DNA of 64,000 nucleotides. Source: Leucoraja ocellata. Taxonomy: Eukaryota. Below, piece by piece: positions 22,569-36,439 of the stretch (positions within the stretch are counted from its first letter, which is position 1; each line of letters starts with the position of its first letter). The notes below the pieces were generated by a model, which did not search any database, was not told the origin of the DNA, and worked only from the letters and a program-made list of their open reading frames with translations. The translations under genes were made by a program, and so were the position numbers. The stretch is from positions 3,906,001 to 3,970,000 of the forward strand of contig JAWMAR010000070.1 of NCBI GenBank assembly GCA_036785375.1, given 5' to 3'.

Positions 22569-25357
22569 GCGAGCCAGCAGCAGCTCGACACGATGTAGTG
22601 TGAAAGGCTCAGGGGTATATCTAGCAATGGTTGGGTCAGATGATCACAGAGTCATACGTCACGGAAACAGGCCCTTCTACCCAACTCGTTAGACCAATAT
22701 GCTCATCTAAGTTAGTCAAATTTGCCCACGCTCGACCATATCTCCCCAAACCTTCCCTATCCATGGACCTGGCCAAGTGCCCGTTCCATGTTGTTATTGC
22801 AGCTGCTTCAGCACTTCGTCAAGTGTGATGTATCCGTAAGGATGGAGCGGCGGTTAACTCTGTACTCAGAGTCTGTTAACACTGAACTGTGGTGGAAATA
22901 TTGACAGACAAAAAAATGCAGGAGCAACTCTGCGGGCCCGTCAGCACCTCTGGAGAAAATGGATAGATGACGTTTCGGGTCGGGAACCTTCGTGTAAACA
23001 ATGATACGTGTATAAAATATGACAATTAGAAGAGTAAAAATTAGGTTCCACTGTACTGTTTTTGTACTGTATTAACTTCTAATAAAATAAACAAAAAAGA
23101 AAGAAGAGTAAAAACGTCTAAGATGTGTACACTTCCGGATCATTCCCATTTGATGATTTTGTAAGTGGACCGGCAGACCAAAAACATGGAACTTTTGTTT
23201 TGGCATATTGCTGAAGTGATACACTTAGTGAAGTTAAAGCAAGGTAGAATATGCACGGTGAATTGAATTGTTAACTTGTCTTCTTCACAAGTGCTAATAA
23301 ATTATCAGAGTTGTGGTCATGTACATTCCATTGGTTGATTTTGTACATCTGCTTGCAACGATTTCATTCTGTAGGCAACTAGTTGCATTATAATATGACT
23401 TAATATCTGCTGCGGGCTATCGTTCTGGATGTGTTACTTTCAGGGGAACAGTGCAGTTTATTCGGGTTGTGTCCGTCAGTGGCAGTGTTGTGTATCACGT
23501 GGTATCGGTGTAACACACTGATGTGTTCGCCACTGATGTTAGCTGAGCGCTGGCGACCCTCAGTAAATGATCTTTTGTTGGGAGCTATTTCCTGTTTACT
23601 TGCCCAACTAAAACACTGCAGAGAGGAACCGACGATGCAGCAAAACAATTTAATCTGTCTTTATTCGCCATGACCCATGACTTCTGCAAACACTGCTCAG
23701 CAATCAGTGTTACACCGAGCTGCACGCAAGATGCGGTTCAGAGATACGAATCTACACACCTTGTTTCAGCAGCGCGAGCAAAGTGTCAGCACGGCAGAAC
23801 AATTCAGTGTAAAGGGAGAAATTACTGTTTGATCAAATTAGATTAAAGTACATTGCAAGTCAGCACCACCGCTAAACACAACAGTGGCATCGACCCGCAA
23901 TGTCACCCGTTCTTTCCCTCTAGTGATGCCGCCCTTCCGCGAGTTGCTCCAGTATTTTGTGTATATCTGTGGCATCTCAGACCATTTATCTCTCATTATC
24001 TGAGAGGCACTTTGGGATGTCCTGCAGTGGGGAATGATCCAACTCAAGATCATTCCTCCCATTAGACCATTAACAAGCTCAATTTGAACGGGCCAGGCAG
24101 CATCAATGTGACCACAGAATCTTCAAGTATCTCTGGCTATTCAGCACCCCTCCCTGACCTGGGGTTTGTGAGTTCAAAGCAGTCTCTGGTCTCATTTCCG
24201 TGTCTCTCCGCTTACCGTGTGGAGAATATTTATCTTTGTCAGTGGGACATTTCAGCAATCTTTGAATCTTTCCGGAGTTTATGGCGGTTACTCCGTTATT
24301 GCAGGTCACCATTTTGTATTCGCAAAACAACATCCTTCATAGTTCTTTCATGGGCGGGGCTACAGTCACGAGTTAGACTAAGGAAAGCAACACAATGTAT
24401 TTTGCAGTTTCACACCCCGCGCTTTGCAAGCTGCAACTCAACCATTTTGTTCTGCACAAGAATAGACGTTCCACTAGTTTAGTTTGGTTTAGTTTAGCTT
24501 AGTTGGAGATACAGCGAAGAAAACGGCCCTTCGGCCCACCGAGTCCACACTGACCAGGAAATCCCCGCACATTAACACTACCCCACACACACTGGGACGT
24601 TTACAATTATAACATGCCAATTGGTGGGGGGGGGGGGGGGGGGTTGTGTGAGTGGGAATGCAAGGGTTACTTGAAGTTAGCAGAAGTCAACGTTCACACC
24701 GCTGGGTATAACCAGCCCAAGCGAAATATGAGGTGCAGTTCTCAAATTGTGCGGCAACTTAATCTGACAATGGAGGATGCCCAGGGACAGTAATGTCAGT
24801 GTGGGAATGGAGGGGAGGAGTTACCGTGGCTAGCGACCGGGTTACAGGTAGGGCGGACTCACGGAGTTGTTCAGCGAAACGATCGCAGTCTAATCAAAAC
24901 AAATTAGACAAACCGTTTATTGACAACAACCATTTATTAAGAAGCATTCTGTTGCATTATTATTCATTAATCTGTGAAACAAAATCCAGGAAATTGTATG
25001 CATATAATATAGGTTTAACAGGAGTATAAAACTCTGAAGCAGCAGAAACCACGTAAAGGTTAAAACAATAGTTCGAAGCTGACGAAGTAAACTTGGAAGA
25101 GGTGGCAAAAATTAAGATGTGCAAGCTAGGAGTCTTCATTGTAATTCGTGGGTCGAGTGGCGAGGTTCTGTGTCATCGCGTCCTCTGCAAAAGACAAATG
25201 TGAAGTCAAATGTGAAGACTCTCTGACAGTGGGAACCACGCTTTATTTGACCCGACCACTCCCAACACATTGCTGTCTGCAAGATGCTAATCCAAGAATT
25301 AGCTAATCCACTGCCAACGAACCACCACCGGGCACAGAAATCCACCCTGCACGCGTA

Positions 25358-27152
25358 TCCTAAGGAAGACATAAATATTTGCCGGAAATAGCAGGGACCG
25401 GGGTCCAAATGAGATGGGGAAATGAGTGAAATCCAGGTTAGCCGGAAGTGATGTTAGGTAAATTGAATGGATTAAAGCCGATAAATCCCAGGGCCAGATA
25501 GGCTGCACCTCAGAGTGCTTAAGGAAGTAGCCCCAGAAATAGTGGATGCATTAGTGATAATTTTTCAACCCTTTAGATTCTGGAGTAGTTAGTGTTCTGA
25601 GGATTGGAGGGTAGCTAATGTAACCCCACTTTTTAAAAAGGAGGGAGAGAGAAAAACGGGGTATTACCGACCAGTTAGTCTAACGTCGGTAGTGGGGAAA
25701 CTGATAGAATCAGTTATTAAAGATGGGATAGCAGCACATTTGGAAAGTGGTGAAATCATTGGACAAAGTCAGCATGGATTTATGAAAGGTAAATCATGTC
25801 TGACAAATCTTATAGAATTGTTCGAGGATGTAATTAGTAGAGTGGATAAGGGGAGAGGATGTGTTATCTCTGGACTTTCAGAAGGCTTTCGACAATGTAC
25901 CACAAAAGAGATTAGTATACAAACTTTAAAGCACACGCATTGGGGGATCAGTATTGATGTGGATAGAGAACTGGCTGGCAGACAGGAAGAGTAGGAGTAA
26001 ACGGGTCCTTTTTCACAATGGCAGGCAGTGACTAGTGGGGTACCGCAAGGCTCAGTGATGGGACCCAGCTATTTACGATATATATTAATGATTTGGACGA
26101 GCGGATTGAATGCAACATCTCCAAGTTTGCGGATGACACGAAGCTGGGGGCAGTGTTAGCTGTGAGGATGCTAGGAGGCTGCAAGGTGACTTGGATAGGC
26201 CTGGGTGAGTGGGCAAATGCATGGCAGATGCAGTATAATGTGGAAAATGTGAGGTTAATCCACTTTGGTGGCAAAACAGGAAAATAGGCTGGGTGAGTGG
26301 GCAAATGCATGGCCAGATGCAGTATAATGTGGATAAATGTGAGGTTATCCACTTTGGTGGCAAAAAACAGGAAAGTAGACTTATATCTGAATGGTGGCCG
26401 ATTAGGAAAGGGGGAGATGGAAACGAGACCTGGGTGTCATGGTACACCAGTCATTAAAAGTAGGCAGGCAGGTGCAGCAGGCAGTGAAGGAAGGCGAATG
26501 GTATGTTAGCATTCATAGCAAAAGGATTTGAGTATAGGAGCAGGGAGGTTCTACTGCAGTTGTACAGGGTCTTGGTGAGGACCACACCTGGAGTATTGCG
26601 TACAGTTTTGGTTTCCTAATCTGAGGAAAGACATTCTTGCCATAGAGGGAGTACAGAGGAAGGTTCACCAGACTGATTCCCTGGGATGTCAGGGCCTTTC
26701 ATATGAAGAAAGACTGGATAGACTCGGTTTGTACTCGCTAGAATTTAGAAGTTTGAGGGGGGATTCTTATAGAAACTTACCAAAATTCTTAAGGGGTTGG
26801 ATTAGGCTAGATGCAGGAAGATTGTTCCCGATGTTGGGGAAGTCCAGAACAAGGGGTCACAGTTTAAAGATAAGGGGGAAATCTTGTATGACTGAGATGA
26901 GGAAAACCTTTTTCACACAGAGAGTGGTGAATCTCTGGAAATCTCTGCCGCAGAAGGTAGTTGAGGCCAGTTCATTGGCTATATTTAAGAGGGAGTTAGA
27001 TGTGGCCCTTGTGGCTAAAGGGATCAGGGGGTATGGAGAGAAGGCAGGTACAGGATACTGAGTTGGATGATCAGCCATGATCATATTGAATGGCGGTGCA
27101 AACTCGAAGGTCCGAATGGCCCTACTACTGCACCTATTTTCTATGTTTCTAT
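25358..27152 (+). mobile_element. CR1 LINE ORF2 3' half with CTATGTTT tail, replacing part of the gene C tail exon
   Basis: SQHGFMKGKSCLTNL, SKFADDTKLG, FFTQRVVNLW motifs; homology to gene B stops at 25357 and resumes at about 27151. Confidence 0.9.
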
Positions 27153-27203
27153 GGCCTAATTCTGCTCCTATAATTTATGAACAGTGATGACAGTAAACCC
27201 TAC

Positions 27204-27294
27204 CTTTGAGCCTCTTGCGAACACCGCGGTTGAGATACTCCAGATCACAAGCAGGAGAAAGAACATCCAGCGCCCCACTTTCCATGAGATGTAA
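27204..27294 (-). CDS. Gene C transmembrane exon with Arg (SYISWKVGRWMFFLLLVIWSISTAVFARGSK)
   Basis: Intact 91-bp exon, CCCAG acceptor, GTAGGG donor. Confidence 0.8.
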
Positions 27295-29329
27295 CTGGGC
27301 AAAGGTCAAGAAATACAGAGTCAATGGGAGGAAAACGAGACGGTTAATCTTTGCAGCATTTCCCTGTTATTTGCTTCATAATCTTGGTGAAGTGGAGCGG
27401 GGCGAAGCGGCAGCGTCAGTGGAGACCATCTTTGTAAAATAACGGGTGTTGGACTGGGGGGGAGGCGGGGGGGACAACATATGATCACCAATTTTTGACG
27501 TCATTGCTGGGGCATGGGCTACAAGACTGTGAATGAGAGACTACGCGGTTAAATGGATTCAGATAAGACATATAAATAAATCACGAGATTACACAAAAAA
27601 GCTGGAGAAACTCAGCGGGTGCAGCAGCATCTATGGAGCGAAGGAAATAGGCAACGTTTCGGGCCGAAAACCCTTCTTCAGACTAAATAAGTCATGAGTC
27701 GGGGCAGTGGGAATACAATGAGTTGGGGCAGTGAATACAAAACAGATGGACACAAAATGTTGGAGAAACAGCAGGAGTGGCAGCATCTCTCTGGAGAGAA
27801 GGGAATGCGCGAAGTTCCGGGTCGAGACCCTTCTTCAGGACTGAGAGTCACGGGAGAGGGAAACTGTGGATGTGGAAGGATACAAAGAACAGTGTGATAC
27901 CCTGGAAGAAATAAAATGCAGCTGCAAGGAAGTTTATAATATAAAATCCATTGGGATAAGAATAATAAAAAACGGATCAATTCCAATAATGGAAGGGAGA
28001 TGGGCAACAAAAATGGAAACAGATGAGGCCAATTAATAAAATAAATTAAAAAAATGATTATGCTTAATGTCACGCCCTGGATACTTCGTGCATCAACGCG
28101 GTAGGTGTGTGGATGGAGGAATTGTGTTCGAAAAAATCGGTTAAAGATTCCGCTCATAACGGCGTGGCTTTCATGAACATTTGCTAACGCAAGTATAACA
28201 CAAGAGTGTGATTAGAAAGTCAGATATATTTCAATTGTAATAAGATAAATAACAAAGTGTTCTCACTTTCATGAATATATTATGATTGAATGTTTAATGG
28301 TTTCAATTATCAACGAGTAAGAGAGAGTCAGTTAACTCATTTTGCTGTATTCGGTCTGATTCAAGACAATTTTCTGACATTCTGCGCCAGCGACTTTATG
28401 GTGTATGGTCCCCATCAATGACAAGCGGTGGTTGCCCACAAGTGATATCATGGGGAGTGTGGCGTAGCCCATCATTCATAAAGCATTTTCCTATCAGCAC
28501 CACACAAGTGCAAGTCACAGCAAAGCCAAACTGGAAGACTAAGGTTTGGGAACTATATTAATCTCACAGCATGGGATGAGGGTTAGTGATGGAGCAGTCA
28601 TGTTGAATACTGCAGGAGCGCTCTCTGAAAAGCATCAAATGGAGGAACTTGCTCTTATCATCCAAGCATGTACACAACACAATGAGATGTAAACCAGTGC
28701 GATTCCCCTTCTGATGAGTTAACTAATAACTGGTTTGCAAGTTATATTTATTGTATTAAATAATATTTAATAGATACGTTTTATATTTGGTGTCAGGCTT
28801 GAAACTTGTACAACAATTGGTTATGCTTCGTGACATTTAGGTTCATTGGATCAAAGACCCATAGAGAAACACAGTATAGAAACAGGCCATTTCCGTCAAC
28901 TGCATTCACATAATTCCTGTGTCAATCCTATTTTTATTTCCCCCACTTTCTCATCAACTACCACCCCCACCCCCCACTCCCCCCCCTCCCCCCACCCCAC
29001 CCACTCTTCACAGATTCAGCCACTCTCCTGTACACATGGGACAATTTACAACTGGCACATCTTTGGGAGCTGGGAGGAAACTGAATGAAACCAACCAAAT
29101 TAAAGGCAAAACATGCAGATCACACACAGACAGCACCCATTAAACCTATGTCGTGGGCGTTGCGAGACTGTGTTTCTATAGGCTTTGCCACTGTGCATTC
29201 AGATCAATACTCCTCACGCATTTAATGCCAGTGAAAGGAAGGCACAACTTTCCCCCAATTAAAGCATTCCCAATCAAAACACCAGCAATTAGTACATTGG
29301 CAATTTTCATTGGAAACAGAGCGGTTTAC

Positions 29330-29378
29330 CTTGCAGAGTAATTGGATGTTATCGAATTTTCACAAGAATATCCATGAC
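29330..29378 (-). CDS. Gene C stalk exon (GHGYSCENSITSNYSA)
   Basis: Intact 49-bp exon, phase 1 to 2. Confidence 0.78.
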
Positions 29379-32300
29379 CTGTTGGAACAAGGAAATAAAA
29401 ATTCAGTTTCACTGCTTTTTCACTTGCAGTTGAGCAAGGGAGGTATGATTTTTCCGATTTGCAGCAAATGGGAGATGTTGTCATGATAAGCAAGAATGCT
29501 TTTAACCACGTTGGCTCTGTAGACGGCACGGTGCCGCAGCGGTGGAGTTGCTGCCTTCCAGGGCCAGAGACCCAGGTTTGATCCTGACTACGGATGCTGC
29601 CTATACGGAATTTGTCCCTCCTACCTGTGATCGCGTGGGTTTCTTCAAGTGCTCCAGTTTCCCCCAGCGTTCCAAGTCGTGCATGTTTTGTAGGTTAATT
29701 GGCTTCTGTAAATATGTCCCCTATGGAACTAGTCTATTGGTGAATACTGGACTGTGTGCACTCAGTGGGCCGATGAGCCCTGTTTCAAACCTGTATCCAT
29801 AATGTAATCTAAAGAGTGCAATTCTCACTTGAGAGGAATATTGCTTGCGATGAAACATTACAGTTATGGGGAGGGGTTGGAAGGGGCTTTATAAAAGTCC
29901 ATGCAGAATAGGTGAGGAATGGGGAACCTATTACAGGTGGCAAAACTGTGAGCTGCAAAGATTGTATTTTTAGAAAAATTTGCACGGCAGACATGTGTAA
30001 ATGTGGAGAACATATGGTTAGGTTCAGGAGCAGGATGCTTCAAGGGTCTCAAGACATATTTTTAAACGCAGAAAATTGAGGTGCCTGAATTGTCACAATG
30101 GACGAGGTGCTGGTAAATGGGATTGTATCGAATGGTACTGAATGGTCAACATTAACACAGTGGGCCCAAATCTGATACCGTCCGTCCACGAGTTAACTGT
30201 GGCCACATTTACTGCTAGTTTCTGTTCCCTTCCCATATTTGAGTGTCGGTCATGTGGCGATGATGGTGGGAAAGTGAAAGTGCTTGGGCTGATGTCACTG
30301 CAAACCCAGTTTAAAGCAGTGTAAACATAAGAGGAAGTTTCTAGCCGAGAAGCCGGTCTACACCAGCACTGGGAAATCTATGTCTGGAGCCCAGCAAACA
30401 AGTATTGACAAATGGGCCATAATTCCTTCATTTAAATAACGTGCATGGATTTCAGGGCGTCGGGGGTTATGTGGCAAAGGCAGGAGAATGGGGTGAAGAG
30501 GGGGAGATAGATCAGCCATGAGTGAATGGTCTATTTCTGCTTCTATCACGTGATCTTATGAAACACCCCGCCCCCACTTTCCCCCTTCTTCCTCCTCATT
30601 CCCTCCACTACTTACCAGTGCCGTTGATTTTCACTAGGAAACTACAGGGCACGTCACTGCTGGAGATGGACACGTTGACCATTTCACTGGATTTGGATCC
30701 ATTATTATTTGAGGCTGTGCAAGAATATTGATGGTGCTGGTGTTTGAAGGATTGACAATGTAGATCCAGGGCATTGTTGTCTGAGATCTTTGAATCCCCA
30801 GATGGGGTCTGTTCATACCAGCTGTAGTTAATGGGAAGGGATCCCCGGACCGACCTCACAGGACACGGTCACTGAGCCCCCGAAACAGGAGACATCGGCT
30901 GGAAGGTGACAGAAATCCAAGCACAGGAGCAGACACGGGTTCTGTGGGAAAAAGAGCAAAACAGTCAGACACTGAGTGAACATCTGAAAATCGCCCAATA
31001 TCCGCCATCTCTGTATCTTAGCCAGACGCCAAGTTGGAATCTAACCCATCCATCTACATAGAGTCATAGAGTCATTGCAGCATAGAAACAGGCCCTTCGG
31101 TCTAACTTGCCCGCGCTGACCAACACGCCCAATCTGCACTAGTTCCACCTGCTCTTTCTTGGCCCTTAAATCCTCTAAACATATCATATTCAATATAACT
31201 GTCGAATATTTTCTTAAATGTTACGATAGTACCTGCCGAAAACTACTTCTGTCGGCAGTTCATGTCATGTACCTACCAACCTTTATGTAAAAACATTACT
31301 CCCCTAGGTTCTTGTTAAATCATTCCCCCCTCATATTAAACATATGTCCCTCCGGTTCTGGATTCCCCTACTCTGAGTAAAAGACTCTGTGTATTTACTC
31401 GATCTATTCCTCGCATAATGTTTTACCTGCATTCAGATCAACCCACATCCTGCTGCGCTCCAAGAAATAAAGCCCCAATCTGCTCAAACCCCCTCCCTGT
31501 ATGCCAGGCCCTCAAGTCATCGCAGCATCATTGTAAGTCTTCCCTGCTCATTTCTCCACACAATTTACCAGATTTAATTATCTCTGTGCCTCTCCATCTT
31601 CCCAGCTGCCAGAACTACCATGTCTGCCACTGTGCCAGGACACAGCAGCACCATCTCTCTTTGTTTTACAATTCCAGCATCTGCCGTTAATATGTTTTTA
31701 ATCTAAACCTCTGCCACAATTCTACAATATCAACATTCAAACACTTCATTAGTGCAACAGTATCACTATCAACAACTTTTTAATTTCCTTGCATAAAATA
31801 GTTGATAGTTGATACTGTTGCACTAATGAGGTGTCGTGAATGGCGGTATTGTAGAATTGTGTGCAGGGAGTGAATGGGGAAGTGGAATAACATAGAACTA
31901 GTGTGACCGGTGATCGCTAGTCGGTGTGAACTCGGTGGGCCGAAGGATCAGTTTCAATGTTACATTTGTAAACTATTACTAAATATTCCGGGTGAACACG
32001 TTTTCTGTAAACTCTACAAACCTTTCACATCTTTTGTTTTATAAAGCGGCGACCAGAACTGTGCACCAGACTCCCACCTAACAAATATTTTGCCCGTTGC
32101 CAAGGTGGAGACATCAAGTCACTCACTGAGAAACCTACCTTCAGATACTTGGAGATGTACTTTAAATGTTGGTTCGCCAGGTGTAGTAATTCCACATCTG
32201 TACCATCCTGTATCTCCAGAGTGAAGATCCTCCACAGTCACAGTAAATATTCCTCGTGCCGGGTTATCTGTGATTGACACTGTTCCGTTCTGTCCATGTT

Positions 32301-34439
32301 TCCCATTTGTTTCCACTATACGTGTACACTGGGCGACTCTTGTCTCACGACACCAGTATTTTGTGTGTGAGCGGTACACTGCTGCATAGTGACAATCGAT
32401 TGTGATCGCTCTTCCCACAACCCCTCGCACCTTCGCTCTCTGCCCACAGTGCACCTGAAAACTGAAGGAAAAATCTTTCATAAATTGAAGAGCAAAATTA
32501 GGCCTTTCACAAAACATATACATTAGAGTATAATGTACAGGGGAGTCTGCCCACTCAAATTCTTAACTCCTGTTGAATTCCACCTAGATTGCGATGAGAG
32601 ACAGATACTGTACACTGTCCCCTCACCATCTGCACAGGTCGTTCCAAAGCGCTTCCCAGCCAATGTGGGTGTGAATGGTGAAGGAAATGATGTATTGAAG
32701 ATGGGAGCCTGTTGCAATTGGAAGGCGCTGTCTAGGGGAGTCTTGGTCAGTTGCTGCAGTGCATCGTGCAGATGGTGCCAAACTGCTGCTGCTCTGTATC
32801 AGCGGGCGAGGTTGAGGATGGGGTGGTCTATCATGCGCGACACTAGATCATGACAAACCAAACACAAGTGTTCGACGAAAATTGTAGCCTAGGCCAGTGC
32901 TTCTTAAACTGATGAAATGGTTCACCCAAGGGCGAATAAAATTATTTTGGGGTAAATTAGTTAATTTTATGTTTTTTTCTCATGTGACAAAATCAATTAT
33001 CTATAAAATTATGCACAAGGGAAAATACGATGATAATAACCAAAAGAACATAAGAAACATTTAGTGGAGGGTGAAATTAAATCTTGTAATAAATACTCAA
33101 GAGTGAATGACACTGTAATAGTTTAAGAAGAACTGGCCTTGTATAAAATTGGTCTCGCTGATGTAAACCATTCACACCCTCTTCTGGACTTCCAATCTGA
33201 GCGTCTCCACGCCTACAGGAAGTTCTTTTCAAAATTATCTTTGACAAAAGTAAGGGTTATACTTGATGGAGTGACGGCCAAGTAGATTCAAATTTAATTT
33301 TGTGGAGATTACTGGAGTTTAACACAAATTAACAGAGTTAAAATCATGAACATGATCATGAAATTGTACATCCCTTGGTTATAACTGATGATGGATCCAA
33401 ACAGAATGAATTTGGTTTCTTTCTCTGTCTCAAAGTGCGGCAGCCAGAAAATAATTTTGATGGAATGCACTCAACCCGCAGGTATTTCTCTCATTTGCTG
33501 AACTTTCTCACCACCGCCCAGGTGAAAGCAACAGGCAATCATTTACCAGTCCCCCAAACAAACTCTCGCATTTTACACCATGAGCTCCCGGTGGCTGCAA
33601 TGATGCCGTCTGCAAATAACAAGAAATCCATGAACATCATCACAAGGTGAATAGCAGCAGGTTCAGGGGACACGAGAAGAACACACACCTGCATTGTTGA
33701 TTTCTGTCACATAACTGCACGTTCCTGCTCCTTTGAAGAACTTTTCACGTTGAGTATTTCACTGGATTTTGTCCCACGATTATTTGAGGCTGTGCAGTAA
33801 TATTGACGGTGTTGACCTTCGAGGATTTCACAACTCAGATCCAGTTGATTGCCAGAGACGATCGTTGAAACCCAATGCTCGTTCTTTTCAAACCATGTGT
33901 AATGGATGGGAAGGGATCCACGGACAAGACTCACACGACACTGACACTGAGCCTCCGAGATGTGAGGCATTTGCTGGTGACAGATATCTGAGCACAGGAG
34001 CAGACACGGGTTCTGTGGGAATGGAGCAAACATTCAGTCACCTGGATGAACAGTTAAAAACCAAACACGTGCTAAATCTCAGCAGCCCTTTATCTCAGCC
34101 GAACCGTCCGGTTGACATCTCACCGCTCATCTACATCTCTGTGAGTGTGCGAAGCTCAGAAACTGAAGGAAGGTTAGAGTTATAGAGAACCGAAAGATGC
34201 CCCATCACAACAGCTCATTCATGGCCGACCAACATGTCTTTCTGGACCATTTCCATATGTCCACGTTTCTCCCTTATCACTCGCAATGATCCCAATCTAC
34301 GCAAATATCAAAAAAATATTTTAAATGCTGCTATTCTAACTGCCTTAACACCCTTCCCCCTGCATGCAGGTTCCATATAAATATCACCCAATGTGTGGAA
34401 AATGTTGTCCCTCAGAACATATGTTGGGATGTTACGTCC

Positions 34440-35220
34440 CTTTAAGATAGACACAAAAATGCAGGAGTAACTCGGCGGATTAGGCAGCATCTTTCGAGAG
34501 AAGACGTAGGTGACGTTTCGAATCGTGACCCTTCTTCAGCCTGAGAACCATGAGAAAGGGAGACAGAAGAGAAATGGAAGGGTACGGTGTGAAAACAAGT
34601 GATCAAAGGTGAAAATGTTTTAAAAAATGTAGAATGGATCATTGTCAGCTGAAGGGAAGGCATAGAATCAGTAAAATATAATCTGGAGGGCAGTGAAAAT
34701 AATTGGAGGCTTCGGATGGGGCGGGATGGAGACAGGAGTAAAGCAAGGGTTACTTGAAGTTAGAGAAGTCAATATTCAAACCGCTGGGTTGTAAGCTGCC
34801 CAAGCGAAATATGACGGTACTGTTCCTCCAATTTGCTTTTGGCCTCACTCTGCAAGGGGAGGAGGTCCGGGGACAGAAAGATCAGTTTGGGGAATGGGAG
34901 GGGGAATAAAGGTGTTTTGCAATCGGGATGTAGCGTAGGCCGAGGAACACTGTGCGGAATTGTTCAGCGAAACGATCGCCGAGCCTGCGTTGGGTCTCCC
35001 ATCTACTGTATCCGCTTGTTCACACCTGGAACAACGGATATAGTAGAGGAGGTTAGAAGAGATGCAAAATGAACCTCTGACTCACCCGGAAATTACTGTT
35101 GGAACCTTGGACGGAGTAGAAGCGGGATATATAGGGGACTGGTGTTGCATCTCCTGCAGTTGTAGGGGAAGGTATCTGGGGGACGGGGTGGGAAAGGACG
35201 AGTTGACCAGTGAGTTGCGG
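34440..35220 (-). mobile_element. Penelope-like element remnant (longer than the gene B copy)
   Basis: Terminal-repeat sequence plus GIY-YIG-like region; gene B lacks about 410 bp of it. Confidence 0.6.
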
Positions 35221-36016
35221 AGTCTGTCGGGTTATTAGTTTGAGTCGGAATGCAAACCTCTGACAGGGTGACATTTCATGACCAGTTCAGAGGCAGGGAA
35301 ATGTGTTTGAGCATCCCACTTGAAGTGGGTGGCCGCTCAGTGGAACAGAAGCCCGCACTGGGTGAGAGCAACATGAGTGGGGGTTTCCCGACCCCCGCCC
35401 GTTCCCCGCAGGTCTCTGCACTGCTGCGGAGCCTCGGGATATCGGTGGCTGCCCTGACCCTTCCCGGAGGAGAACATAGATAAGGCATTTTCAGTGGAGA
35501 CGTCAAGGTCAATCGCTGCGAAACGTACCGTCAGATACTTGGAGATGTACGTTAAATATTGGACGGTCGCCAGGTGTAGTAATTCCACATCTGTACCATC
35601 CTGTATCCTCCAGAGTGAAGATCCTCCACAGTCACAGCAAATATTCTTAGTGCCGGTATATCTGTGATTGACACTCTTCCACTCCGTCCGTTTTGGCCAT
35701 TTTGTTTCCACTGAATCTGTACATGGGGCGATTCCTCCCACGGCACCAGTATTTTTGTGCGTGAGCGGTACTCTGCTGCATAGTGACAATCGATTGTGAT
35801 CGCTCTTCCCACAACCCCTCCTTACTTCCCTCCTCTGCCCACACTGCATCTGAAACTGAGGGGAGAAACTTTCAGATGGACCACAGATCAAACAACACTT
35901 GTTCCCTCACTGGGATTATTAGTTTGAGTCTGAATGCAAATTTCTGACGGGTGACATTTCATACAGTTCAGAGGAAGGGCAATGCGCTGAGTATTCCACT
36001 TGAAGTGAAAAGTGAA

Positions 36017-36439
36017 GTTAAATGCCACTTTTCAAGAAAGGAGCAAGAGAGAAAACGGGAAATTTACAGACCAGTTAGCCTGACTTCGGTGCGGGAAAGG
36101 TGCCGGAGTCAATTATTAAAGAGGTAATAATGGGGTATGTGAATAGCAGTAAAATAATTAGTCCAAGTCAGCATGGAATTATGAAAGGAAAATCATGCCT
36201 GAATAATCTTCTGGACATTTTTGAGGATGTGGCAAGTAAAAATGGACGAAGGTGCGCCAGTAAATGTAGTGTATCTAGACTTCAAGGAAATCCTTTGATA
36301 AGGTTCCGCACGGGAGACTGGTGACTAAATTGAGAGCGCAGGAAGGGTGTTGACGTGGATAGGAAATTGGTTGGCAGACAGGGAAGCAAAGAGTAGGGAA
36401 GTGAACGGGTCCTTTTCAGAATGGCGGGAAGTGGCGAGT
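36017..36439 (+). mobile_element. CR1 RT fragment (paralogous to 270-684)
   Basis: PESIIKEVIMG..SPSQHG.MKGKSCL. Confidence 0.85.
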
